A stretch of DNA of 32,000 bases from Candidatus Saccharimonadota bacterium (GCA_002421785.1 DIRZ01000003.1:180001-212000), one strand, 5' to 3'. Shown: positions 9,252-17,786, numbered from the stretch's first letter. A program made the numbers and translations. The notes: generated by a model not told the origin, from the letters alone.

Positions 9252-10808
9252 ATGGATAAGCGGGAATTGCTAGGTGTCGCAAAAAAACACTATAGCGCCA
9301 CTCAACTGGCCGAGCTTGAGCGCGCCATTGAGTACGCAATGGCCATGCATGATGGACAGCTTCGCAACAACGGAGACCCTTACATTTCGCACCCGCTTCA
9401 CGTTGCGGCTACACTCATCGATTGGGGCATGGACATTGACACCATTATTGCGGGCGTCCTGCACGACACCGTCGAAGACACGGGCGCGGCGCTTGCCGAG
9501 ATTGAACAAAAGTTTGGCCACGATGTCGCATTTTTGGTTGATGGCGTCACTAAGGTTGGGCGAGCCCGCGCGGGAATGCGAGACCTCGAAAGCTATCTGC
9601 CTAGCACAAAAGACAACCTCACCAAGCTCTTGATAGCCGTTGGGCAAGACGTTCGCGTTATCATCATTAAACTTGCAGACCGACTCCACAACATGCAAAC
9701 GCTGCAGCATAAGAGCGAGGCAAAGCAAAAAAAGATTGCCCGTGAAACGATTGAGGTATTTGCGCCCCTTGCCGACCGGCTCAACATGGGTCGAGTGCGC
9801 GTTCAGCTTGAAGAGCTCAGCTTCCGCTATCTTATGCCAAGTGACTTCGAGCACACGAAACAGTTGATGGACAGTCGACTAAAGAAAAGTGAGCGAAAAC
9901 TGCGTGCAGTAAAAAAAGAAGTCGACGCCTACCTTGCCAAAGAATCAATTCCTCATACTATCGATGGACGCGTAAAAAGCGTGTACAGCCTATACAAAAA
10001 AATGAAGCGCGTTCCTCACATTGATGATATCTATGACCTCATGGCGTTGCGAATTATCGTCGATGATGTTGCAACTTGCTACCTCGTACTTGGCGAGCTT
10101 CATAGTATATACGAGCCGATGGTTGACCGAATCAAAGACTACATTGCAAAGCCAAAGCCTAACGGCTACCAAAGCCTCCACACGACAGTCGTTACCAAAT
10201 CTGGTCAAATCGTCGAATTCCAAATTCGTACCCATGAAATGCATGAATATGCCGAGCGCGGCCTTGCGGCGAGCTTTCACTATAACGAACAAAAGCTGAG
10301 CGACGCTTACTTACATGGCGCAATAGCCGAACTTCCTGCCCACCTGCACTGGATTGCCGACCTACAAAATGCGGCAGCACTTGCCGGTGAGGGCAAAGAG
10401 TTCGACGAAGCAAGTCTCCGCGTAGATTTGTTCGGAGACCGTATTTTTGTACACTCACCCAAAGGAGATATTTACGATCTACCCAAGGGTGCCTACCCCC
10501 TTGACTATGCCTACCGTGTCCACAGCGACCTAGCCGCACGCGCAAGTGGATTTATCATCAACGGAAAAATGAAACCATTTAGCTACCGGCTCGAGCACGA
10601 TGATGTAATCGAGGTTCTGACAAGCAAAGGCGCACGCCCACGCCCCGATTGGATGCAATACGTTCTCACCAATCACGCTCGGCTAAAACTTCGGGCCCAA
10701 CTGCGCAAGAGTGGTTTTTTAGGTCAACTCAGCAATGCCGCAGCCATTATTCACCGCAAGGTCACCGAACGGCGAGCAGCAGTCGACAAAAAGAAGAACC
10801 AGCGATAA
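9252..10808 (+). CDS. rel: RelA/SpoT-homolog (p)ppGpp synthetase/hydrolase, short form (HD-SYNTH-TGS only)
   Basis: 518 aa. Hydrolase HD motifs are 'HPLHVA' and 'HDTVEDT'. Synthetase motifs are 'GRVKSVYSLYKKM', 'DLMALRIIV', 'YQSLHT' and 'EFQIRT'. The TGS region runs 'IFVHSPKGDIYDLPKGAYPLDYAY...INGKM'. The protein ends about 50 aa after TGS. Confidence 0.9.
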   Translation: MDKRELLGVAKKHYSATQLAELERAIEYAMAMHDGQLRNNGDPYISHPLHVAATLIDWGMDIDTIIAGVLHDTVEDTGAALAEIEQKFGHDVAFLVDGVTKVGRARAGMRDLESYLPSTKDNLTKLLIAVGQDVRVIIIKLADRLHNMQTLQHKSEAKQKKIARETIEVFAPLADRLNMGRVRVQLEELSFRYLMPSDFEHTKQLMDSRLKKSERKLRAVKKEVDAYLAKESIPHTIDGRVKSVYSLYKKMKRVPHIDDIYDLMALRIIVDDVATCYLVLGELHSIYEPMVDRIKDYIAKPKPNGYQSLHTTVVTKSGQIVEFQIRTHEMHEYAERGLAASFHYNEQKLSDAYLHGAIAELPAHLHWIADLQNAAALAGEGKEFDEASLRVDLFGDRIFVHSPKGDIYDLPKGAYPLDYAYRVHSDLAARASGFIINGKMKPFSYRLEHDDVIEVLTSKGARPRPDWMQYVLTNHARLKLRAQLRKSGFLGQLSNAAAIIHRKVTERRAAVDKKKNQR

Positions 10809-10842
10809 GCTGGCTCTCCCTTGCTTTGTGTAATTCTCGTGT

Positions 10843-11373
10843 TTATTTGTTATTGTAACGCTCAATGCACTCGTGAATGATTGCCTTGGCTTCTTCCGCA
10901 TCACCCCAACCCATTACTTTTGTACTCCCCGGTTTCTTCAGGTCCTTGTAATGAGTAAAGTGATGTTCGAGTTTTTGTCGGAAACGATCGTGAACGTCTT
11001 CCAGGGTTTGAATCGCATTGTCGGTGTTGCGGTCGTCGGCAGGTACGCAGATAATTTTGTCGTCAACTTCACCGTCGTCTTCAAACTTCAGTACGCCAAT
11101 TACCTTTGCCTCCAAAAAGACACCCATTGGAATCGGGTCATTCGTCAACACGAGTGTGTCAAGTTCGTCACCATCTTCATCGAGCGTTTGCGGGATAAAC
11201 CCATAATTAACCGGCTTAGCGAAAATACTTGGCTCAACACGATCAAGCTGGAACGCCGCAACCTCGCGGTTCCACTCGACCTTCAGCGTGGACCATTTAG
11301 GGATTTCGATAACCGTATTGATAAAACCGGCATCGACGTTACCTGGTGACAAAACTACATTAAAATCTGGCAT
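10843..11373 (-). CDS. ppa: Inorganic pyrophosphatase (family I)
   Basis: 'VIEIPK', 'YGFIPQTLDEDGDELDTLVL' and 'DDKIICVP' are present. The track ORF starts at GTG 11397. I prefer ATG 11373 (MPDFNVV...) because AAAGGA lies 6 nt upstream. Confidence 0.9.
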   Translation of the reverse strand: MPDFNVVLSPGNVDAGFINTVIEIPKWSTLKVEWNREVAAFQLDRVEPSIFAKPVNYGFIPQTLDEDGDELDTLVLTNDPIPMGVFLEAKVIGVLKFEDDGEVDDKIICVPADDRNTDNAIQTLEDVHDRFRQKLEHHFTHYKDLKKPGSTKVMGWGDAEEAKAIIHECIERYNNK

Positions 11374-11443
11374 ACATTTCCTTTCACATTTACTCACCTT
11401 AGTGTACCACTTCAGGGGCGCGTACGGTATACTACCTAGAGTA

Positions 11444-12445
11444 ATGTTTCAAACCAGCGCCCCAAAACTGCTCATCGGCACAGAATGCGCACGTGATGCC
11501 GTAAAAAGTATCGATAAAGCATCGGTGCGAATTGCTCTCGCTACCACCACATTCCGCGCTGATGATGAGCTAAGTAGTAATGTCATTGATGCTCTTTGTC
11601 GTGCGAGCAAAAGGGGCGTGATTGTTTCGGTCTGTGCCGACACCTACACCTACCTGGAACCACGAGGCTTCAATTTTACATCGACCAAACAATATTCCGC
11701 CCGCGCTTACCATGCGTTAAAGCTCGAACGTAAATTAAAAAGCAGCGGTGTTTCATTCCACTGGCTCGGTAGGTTGAGCAACTTTGGCTTTACTGGCAGA
11801 ACTCACAGCAAGTGGCTTGTTGCCGATGACACCGTGTATTGTTTTGGTGGGGTTAATTTTGACGGCGAAAGCTTTACTCATAATGATTATCTCTTCCGCC
11901 TCAACAATAGCGACTTTGCTGACCAATTATTCGCGCAGCATACTCGCACCATCAAAGCAGACAAGTCGGGACACGCAGCACGCTACTGTACGATTCCCCT
12001 CGATAAAAGCTCCACCGCTCTTTTTGACAGGGGCCTGATTGGGAATTCTATCATTTACCGCAGGGCCTGCGAGCTTGCCCAAGCGGCTACCGATGTCACC
12101 CTTGTATCTCAGTACTGCCCCACTGGCAAGCTCAGCCGAATTTTACACAGGAAGCACGCTAAATTATACTTCAACCACTGGCAAAACACGAAAGGCGTTA
12201 ATACCGCGATGATACGGTTTGGCATGACGCTCACGCATCAGCATACGCTCTATAAACGCGACCAATACCTCCACGCCAAATTCATCCTGTTTACGATGCC
12301 CGATGGCAGTAGAGCAGCAATTACGGGGTCGCATAATTTTATGTTTGGCAGCGTCGCGTTTGGAACGCGCGAAATCGCTCTCGAAACAACCGACCCATCC
12401 ATCATCGCGCAGCTTGAAAAATTTTTCAAAAACCATGTCCAGTAG
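11444..12445 (+). CDS. Phospholipase D-family protein with two HKD motifs (soluble; transphosphatidylase or nuclease type unresolved)
   Basis: Two HxK(x)4D motifs are present: 'HSKWLVADD' and 'HAKFILFTMPDGSRAAITGSHNF'. The track ORF (11288) overlaps ppa on the opposite strand. I start at ATG 11444 (MFQTSAPK...), which has TATACT at 11428-11433. Confidence 0.75.
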   Translation: MFQTSAPKLLIGTECARDAVKSIDKASVRIALATTTFRADDELSSNVIDALCRASKRGVIVSVCADTYTYLEPRGFNFTSTKQYSARAYHALKLERKLKSSGVSFHWLGRLSNFGFTGRTHSKWLVADDTVYCFGGVNFDGESFTHNDYLFRLNNSDFADQLFAQHTRTIKADKSGHAARYCTIPLDKSSTALFDRGLIGNSIIYRRACELAQAATDVTLVSQYCPTGKLSRILHRKHAKLYFNHWQNTKGVNTAMIRFGMTLTHQHTLYKRDQYLHAKFILFTMPDGSRAAITGSHNFMFGSVAFGTREIALETTDPSIIAQLEKFFKNHVQ

Positions 12446-12481
12446 CGCTACGCTCAGTTCGACGTAATGCAAGACTAGGGG

Positions 12482-12487
12482 TATACT
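12482..12487 (+). promoter_or_regulatory. -10 box TATACT, 7 nt upstream of the GDPD ATG (candidate leaderless start)
   Basis: gggGTATACTgagtactATG. Confidence 0.45.
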
Positions 12488-12494
12488 GAGTACT

Positions 12495-13199
12495 ATGCTT
12501 ATTATTGGTCATCGTGGCGCCAAAGGTGTTGCACCAGAGAACACCATGGAATCGCTCCAAGCGGGATACGATGCGCAGGCGGATATGCTAGAATTCGACG
12601 TGCGCAGCACAAAAGACAATGTACTTGTCGTTATCCATGATGCACGCCTCCTACGAACGCACCGTAGACCAGTAGCGATTAACAACCTCACTCTCGATCA
12701 GCTGCGTGAGCTCACCCTGCATGAGCCCGTTCCAACACTCCAAGAAGTACTGGATGAATTCTACGGCAAAATTATTCTCAATATCGAAGTAAAGAGTCGG
12801 GGCGCCGGCGAGGCGGTCATTAAACTGCTAAAGAAACGCTACATCACAAAAGCCGCAGACTGGGACAATGTTCTTGTCTCTTGCTTTAAAACGAGTGAGC
12901 TCATTAAGATGCGCAAGCTTTCTTCGCGTGTTAATTTAGCACTCCTTCATGACGACAACCCATTCATTTTTATCGCCTACCAGCGACGTTTACGACTTAC
13001 TGCCGTCGGATTCCATCGTTTATATTTAAATCGTTTTGCACTCGAAATCGCCAAAAAATCTGGATTATTCATATATGTTTACACTGTCAACCGGCTTGGT
13101 GCCTTACAGATACTCGAGCAGCAGCATGTTGATGGAGTAGTGACTAACTATCCTGAAACCTTTCGTCGCTACTTGGAAAATCCACATCATCGTCAATAG
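12495..13199 (+). CDS. Glycerophosphodiester phosphodiesterase (GDPD family)
   Basis: 234 aa with 'IIGHRGAKGVAPENT', 'LEFDVRSTKDNVLVVIHD' and 'NIEVK', the GDPD catalytic landmarks. Confidence 0.85.
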   Translation: MLIIGHRGAKGVAPENTMESLQAGYDAQADMLEFDVRSTKDNVLVVIHDARLLRTHRRPVAINNLTLDQLRELTLHEPVPTLQEVLDEFYGKIILNIEVKSRGAGEAVIKLLKKRYITKAADWDNVLVSCFKTSELIKMRKLSSRVNLALLHDDNPFIFIAYQRRLRLTAVGFHRLYLNRFALEIAKKSGLFIYVYTVNRLGALQILEQQHVDGVVTNYPETFRRYLENPHHRQ

Positions 13200-13211
13200 T
13201 GCCCGTGCTTA

Positions 13212-13240
13212 TTGACTTTACGTTGTTTTTAATGTATAAT
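13212..13240 (+). promoter_or_regulatory. Near-consensus promoter TTGACT-17-TATAAT, with the -10 box ending 7 nt before ATG 13248
   Basis: aTTGACTttacgttgtttttaatgTATAATatatatcATG. No SD is present, which implies a leaderless or 0-2 nt leader transcript. Confidence 0.6.
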
Positions 13241-13247
13241 ATATATC

Positions 13248-13970
13248 ATGACGGATCTCTCTCAGGAAGCTGCGGGAGTCCCCACACCTTTCGACAGCCT
13301 TGAACCACTCAAGCACTACGTTGCCCCACTAGAGCAAGTCGTTGCCGACCCATCACCGGCAAACCTCGCCGCCTACGTCGCATACGACAGTGACGTATTC
13401 ACTCCTGTTGTTGTACTCTACCCGGAGTATGGCCACAGCAACCGTCATGTCTACGGGTGTCGAAGCTTCATCTCGGGCATCCTGTACGATGCCATCTCGA
13501 TGGTCGTCGAGAGCGATGACCCTAGCGACAAGCGGCTCCGCAACGCAGCGCGCGTTGTACTGCACGGCGTCGTGTCAGGCCTCACCGAGTCATGCGCCTT
13601 TCCTTACGAGGAATCGCGCGAGGCTTACGAGTTGATCGACGCAGCCTACGTGCGCCTCGTAGGCCACGATCCAAAGCACCTCGCCTTCGCGCGCAAGCGC
13701 ACCAGCCTGACTCTGCTCAACGTGTGGTCCGAGGCCAAGTACTGGCCCCATCTCATTGCCGGTCGACCACAGTTTGCCATGACCATGGCAGAAGTTGGCT
13801 GGGAGGTGTTCGGAGCTCCCTACGGCTCAGCACGGCTAGCCAAGCTCGCCGCAAAGGCCAATTCCCCGGTTCAACCGCTGACAACCAAGCGGCGGCCTCT
13901 CCTCATCTGGAGACGGCCGCCACACCACCACCCTCGCCCGAGGGTTTTATTTTTGTTTCTGGGAATCTAG
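13248..13970 (+). CDS. Hypothetical soluble protein, GC-rich; its 3' end reads through terminator hairpins and overlaps trxB
   Basis: 240-aa ORF. Third codon positions are overwhelmingly G/C in this frame, which supports the frame. I recognise no family motif. The last ~25 codons (..RRPLLIWRRPPHHHPRPRVLFLFLGI) are encoded by hairpin and T-tract sequence. Confidence 0.55.
   Translation: MTDLSQEAAGVPTPFDSLEPLKHYVAPLEQVVADPSPANLAAYVAYDSDVFTPVVVLYPEYGHSNRHVYGCRSFISGILYDAISMVVESDDPSDKRLRNAARVVLHGVVSGLTESCAFPYEESREAYELIDAAYVRLVGHDPKHLAFARKRTSLTLLNVWSEAKYWPHLIAGRPQFAMTMAEVGWEVFGAPYGSARLAKLAAKANSPVQPLTTKRRPLLIWRRPPHHHPRPRVLFLFLGI
13891..13958. terminator. Two tandem hairpins plus a T-tract in the convergent 13248-ORF/trxB junction
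   Basis: Hairpin 1 is GGCGGCCTCTCC (13891-13902) paired with GGAGACGGCCGCC (13909-21), 12 bp with a 1-nt bulge. Hairpin 2 is CCCTC-gccc-GAGGG (13931-13944), followed on the + strand by TTTTATTTTTGTTT. On the - strand the same hairpins lie just downstream of the trxB stop (13947). Confidence 0.5.
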
Positions 13971-14894
13971 ATATTCACGGATATTTAACGCTGCGGTAGC
14001 GCCTGCGCCGACCGCGCTTGCTACCTGCATCGTTGCGCCACTACGAACGTCGCCACTGGCATAAATTCCCTCAATATTTGTTGCCAGATGCTCATTGGTT
14101 TTAATCAAACCACGCTCGTCAAGCTCAATGCCGCTTCCACGCAAAAACTGAGTGTTGGGCTTAAGCCCAATAAATACAAACACGCCATCCGTCTCAAAGA
14201 CGGTTGGCTCGCCCGCCTTCGTGGCACGCACAAAGGCGACCTTACCCGTATCATCCGTCGCAATTTCTGTCGGATTCGTCTGTAAATGAATCGTCACTTT
14301 TCCAGAATCGACATAGGTTTGAAGCTCACGCTGCAACACTTCACTAGCCTTTACTGTGCTACGGACGAGTAGATCAATATGGCTCGCGAAGCGTGTTAGG
14401 AATAGCGCCTCTTGCACGCCACTATTTCCCCCGCCGACAACAACCAGTCTTTTGTCTCGGTAGAACGCGCCGTCGCAGGTTGCGCAGTAGTGGACACCCC
14501 TGCCATAAAACTCGGCCTCTCCAGGTATGCCCAGTTTGTGATAATCACTGCCAGTAGCAATGAGAACACTGCGCGCTTTTACAGCTTGGCCGTCAATTGT
14601 TAGCTCGACGTGATTATCACGCCGTCGAACAGCGCTCACATCACCATATTCAATACGGGCTCCAAAACGCTCAGCTTGCTTTTGCAGCTGATCGGCCAGC
14701 TTCATTCCCTCGATACCTTCGGGAAAGCCAGGGTAGTTATCTACCTTATCAGTGATGGCAGCGAGGCCACCAACGGCACCTTTTTCATACAGCACCGTCT
14801 CTATGTCTTCACGTGTGGTATAGATAGCTGCTGCAAGCGCGCTCGGGCCAGCACCCACCATGACAACTTGGTGTACGGCTTCCTGCTCGTTCAT
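13947..14894 (-). CDS. trxB: Thioredoxin-disulfide reductase
   Basis: 315 aa with the FAD motif 'VGAGPSALAAAIY', redox centre 'CATCDG', NADPH motif 'VVGGGNSGVQEA' and 'IYASGDV'. Confidence 0.92.
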   Translation of the reverse strand: MNEQEAVHQVVMVGAGPSALAAAIYTTREDIETVLYEKGAVGGLAAITDKVDNYPGFPEGIEGMKLADQLQKQAERFGARIEYGDVSAVRRRDNHVELTIDGQAVKARSVLIATGSDYHKLGIPGEAEFYGRGVHYCATCDGAFYRDKRLVVVGGGNSGVQEALFLTRFASHIDLLVRSTVKASEVLQRELQTYVDSGKVTIHLQTNPTEIATDDTGKVAFVRATKAGEPTVFETDGVFVFIGLKPNTQFLRGSGIELDERGLIKTNEHLATNIEGIYASGDVRSGATMQVASAVGAGATAALNIREYLDSQKQK

Positions 14895-14896
14895 GA

Positions 14897-15592
14897 CTAG
14901 CCCCCAAATCCTTGCAGTAATTCGACGGGGATTTCAGGCGTCGCAATCGCTGATGGCGGTTCAATGGCCATGACAATAAAAGCAATCGGCGTGTTCGGTG
15001 GAATGTCATCACCAGAGCCTTGTTCTCCATAGGCCTTGTCTGATGGAATCGTAATCATGCGGATACCGCCAATTCGCATGCCCTTCATTCCCTCTTTCCA
15101 GCCTTCGATTAAACTCGCCTTGTCGATTCCCTCATCGAGTCCAACAAATCCTTGTTCTGGCTTTGAATGATAAATCGGCTCCTTCAGGCTATCGCCATCA
15201 ATCGACTGATCAAACACCTTACCCTTTGGGTTCCATCCGATGTAATAGGCTGCAAATTCTGTGGTGCCTGTTATTTCCGCACCTTCGCCAACCACCAAGT
15301 CTTCGGTGGCAATAGTCTTCACACTATCTCTATCAAACGTGTTAACTCGCGATGCATATGGACTGAAAGTCGCATAGTATTTGTCGGAAAGCTCTTTGGT
15401 CTGCGCGTCGACTTTCGTTTGATATTCAGCATACGCCGCTTGATAATCTTGAACAATCTTCTGTTGTTTAGCGGCATCGGCCGCGTCATTCTCCGTTGAA
15501 AGTCCCATTACCGCAAACGAGCCGAGCGTTCCCACGACCGTCACTATCAAAATAACCAGAATACCCCAGCGTTGGGCCTTAGATGTCGCCAT
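14897..15592 (-). CDS. Membrane-anchored FKBP-type peptidyl-prolyl cis-trans isomerase
   Basis: The N-terminal TM is 'WGILVILIVTVVGTLGSFAVMGL'. The C-terminal FKBP domain has 'YIGWNPKGKVFDQS', 'GWKEGMKGMRIGGIRMITIPSDKAYG' and 'IPPNTPIAFIV'. The SD GAGGG lies 5 nt upstream, and an extended -10 TGCTAAAAT sits at 15628-15636 (-). Confidence 0.85.
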   Translation of the reverse strand: MATSKAQRWGILVILIVTVVGTLGSFAVMGLSTENDAADAAKQQKIVQDYQAAYAEYQTKVDAQTKELSDKYYATFSPYASRVNTFDRDSVKTIATEDLVVGEGAEITGTTEFAAYYIGWNPKGKVFDQSIDGDSLKEPIYHSKPEQGFVGLDEGIDKASLIEGWKEGMKGMRIGGIRMITIPSDKAYGEQGSGDDIPPNTPIAFIVMAIEPPSAIATPEIPVELLQGFGG

Positions 15593-15655
15593 ATGTCCCT
15601 CTCATTTATTGTATGTATCTAGTGCTTATTTTAGCATAATTCAGCCTAAACGGCA

Positions 15656-16855
15656 CTACTTACGCTTACGTATGCGTCGCAACGTGGGCGTAAAATAATC
15701 ATTCTCATAAACTGTCGCTGCTTTCCACGCACCGATGGCGGTGCCAAACGGCAGGACCTCGGAATACCCCACAAAATCGGCAGCGCGGCGCAGCAAAGCA
15801 CCAGCTAGACCATATATACGAATCCATCGCCATTCAACTACCGCCCACCGCGAACCAACAGGTATCGCCTGGACTGGCAGGACTGCTCGGTACTTGCGAG
15901 GCTTCTTGCCCTTTTTCATTCGTTCAAAATTAGCAGCAACCGTCAAGGCGTCGTGAATTGCCGTTTGCGCAAGCCCCGTGAACGGCGTGGCGGCGTTATC
16001 GCCAATAACATACACGTCCTTTGTTGCCTGGAGGTGCTCATCTACCACAACGCGACCATTCTTTGCGAGCGTAAAGATATGCGGGTGCGCTGCATACAAG
16101 GGATGGTTCGCGACACCAGAGGTCCAAATGACAGTGTGGCTTTCGATTGGATTGCCACTCACAATCAGCTGATGCGCGTTCTCTTTTTCGACGCGCTTTC
16201 CAACTTCTACGGAAACACCCAACTTTTTTAGTCGACGAGTGACATGACGGCTTGTGTGGGGATGAGAGCGTGGTAGTACGCGGGGAGCCGCCTCCACCAA
16301 GCGGACACGAATGCGGTGTCTGTTCACGCCATAGTGCCGACATAAGCGCTTAATGTATGTGCCGATTGCCGCCGACAATTCAATACCCGTAGGCCCCGCA
16401 CCGATTATCACGTAATTCTTATCAAGCCGCCCCTTTTCGGCAATATCAATAAATAACCGCTGCTTGAGTCGTTGGATTTCTTCGACGTTTTTTATGCCAT
16501 AGGCATAGGTTTCTAGCCCAGGAATGCCGAAATATGTCGTCACGACACCGAGCGCCATCACGAGTACATCATACTTATAGGTTGTGCCAGATGCAGCATG
16601 GATGGTTTTTGTCGTCGCGTTTAAGCCCGTTACTTCATCGACGTACACATGCACGTTCACATGATCGGCAAAGATCTCACCCAGTGGAACCCAACTTTCG
16701 GCGTGACTGTGCCCCGTAGCGCTACTATATAACGTAGGGTAATACTGAAAATCCGGTTTATCTGTAATAAGCGTTATACGGTTTTTGGTGTTCTTTGCAA
16801 GCTCGAGTGCCGCTTTAACGCCACCAAACCCACCGCCAATAATTGTTACATGCAT
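15656..16855 (-). CDS. ndh: Type II NADH dehydrogenase-like FAD-dependent oxidoreductase (NDH-2 family)
   Basis: 399 aa with two dinucleotide-binding motifs, 'VTIIGGGFGGVKAA' and 'VIIGAGPTGIELSA', plus 'VYVIGDNA'. The amphipathic C-terminal tail is typical of NDH-2. Confidence 0.78.
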   Translation of the reverse strand: MHVTIIGGGFGGVKAALELAKNTKNRITLITDKPDFQYYPTLYSSATGHSHAESWVPLGEIFADHVNVHVYVDEVTGLNATTKTIHAASGTTYKYDVLVMALGVVTTYFGIPGLETYAYGIKNVEEIQRLKQRLFIDIAEKGRLDKNYVIIGAGPTGIELSAAIGTYIKRLCRHYGVNRHRIRVRLVEAAPRVLPRSHPHTSRHVTRRLKKLGVSVEVGKRVEKENAHQLIVSGNPIESHTVIWTSGVANHPLYAAHPHIFTLAKNGRVVVDEHLQATKDVYVIGDNAATPFTGLAQTAIHDALTVAANFERMKKGKKPRKYRAVLPVQAIPVGSRWAVVEWRWIRIYGLAGALLRRAADFVGYSEVLPFGTAIGAWKAATVYENDYFTPTLRRIRKRK

Positions 16856-16924
16856 AATGAATTTTTACCTAAACCCATTGTACGATACTGTTTATGGCAA
16901 TACAAATCCGATCATCCGGAGTGT

Positions 16925-17779
16925 CTATCGGCGCCCATGCGTATCGCCCTGGAGTAGGCGAGATACGCGAGCCTCAGTAGATGGGTGCGTACTAAACAGA
17001 GCATTCATGCCCTGAAGATTAAACATATTCATAAACATCAGATGATTTGTGGATTCCTGGGCGGGGCTCGGCTGTACCGTTTGAAGCGCTGGGCGTAGCT
17101 CGTCGAGTTTTCGCAAAGCACTTGCAAGGTCTTTACCGCTACCCACGAGTTTCGCACCGTAATCGTCCGCCCCAAACTCACGCGAACGACTGACGGCCAT
17201 TTGAATCATCATGGCGGCAAGCGGTGCTAAGAGCATCATTGCGATGGATGCAATAGGATTTCGGTTTTCTTCATCACCACCACCAAAAAACATCGCCATT
17301 TGTGCAATAGCGCTAATCGCGCCGCCCAACGTCGCAGCAATTGCACTCACAAGCATGTCGTTGTTCTTAACATGTCCTAGTTCGTGGGCCAGCACTGCCT
17401 TTAGCTCGTTATCATTAAGCAGCTCTGTAATTCCGCGCGTAACAGCAACAACGGCGTTATCTTTATTCCGGCCTGTTGCAAAAGCATTTGGAATCGGCGT
17501 ATCGACAAAATACAGTTTGGGCATAGGTAGCCCATCCTTCATAGCCAAATCCTGCACCATACGCACCACATTACCGTGTTCGCCCTGATCAAGCGGTTCA
17601 GCGTGCTGCATTTTGAGCACTAAGCTGCCACTCCACCAGTACATAGCAAAGTTGCTCATCGCCGCAAAACCAAGTGCCATTAGCATACCGTTTTGCCCCC
17701 CAAGCAAATAGCCAGCGGTCATAAACAGCCCCGTCATCAAACCAAGCAATAACGTTGTCTTCAGTGTATTCTTTATCAT
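16925..17779 (-). CDS. htpX: HtpX-like M48 zinc metalloprotease
   Basis: It has the 'HELGHVKNND' HExxH motif, four TM segments and 'EFGADD'. The track ORF begins at GTG 17827. I prefer ATG 17779 (MIKNTLKTTLLLG...), the normal HtpX N-terminus, with TATACT 7 nt upstream. Confidence 0.88.
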   Translation of the reverse strand: MIKNTLKTTLLLGLMTGLFMTAGYLLGGQNGMLMALGFAAMSNFAMYWWSGSLVLKMQHAEPLDQGEHGNVVRMVQDLAMKDGLPMPKLYFVDTPIPNAFATGRNKDNAVVAVTRGITELLNDNELKAVLAHELGHVKNNDMLVSAIAATLGGAISAIAQMAMFFGGGDEENRNPIASIAMMLLAPLAAMMIQMAVSRSREFGADDYGAKLVGSGKDLASALRKLDELRPALQTVQPSPAQESTNHLMFMNMFNLQGMNALFSTHPSTEARVSRLLQGDTHGRR

Positions 17780-17786
17780 TACTAAT

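Noticed and set aside
9270-9854. 194-aa minus-strand ORF antisense to rel. A 65-aa ORF at 9142-9339 spans the gap/rel intergenic region.
   Set aside because: These are shadow ORFs opposite a strongly supported gene. The 65-aa ORF would run through the divergent promoter region and has no SD.
11288-11443. N-terminal 52 codons of the track's 385-aa PLD ORF, overlapping ppa on the opposite strand. A 158-aa ORF at 10873-11349 lies antisense to ppa.
   Set aside because: The extension overlaps the ppa coding region and its promoter. ATG 11444 has a TATACT box just upstream and yields a normal PLD N-terminus.
13342-13999. Alternative-frame ORFs (97 aa, 135 aa, and 70 aa on the minus strand) inside the GC-rich 13248-13970 gene, considered as possible overlapping genes.
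   Set aside because: Long stop-free stretches in all frames are expected in GC-rich DNA. Only the 13248 frame shows the strong G/C third-position bias. The alternative translations are Arg/Ser/Pro-rich low-complexity sequences.
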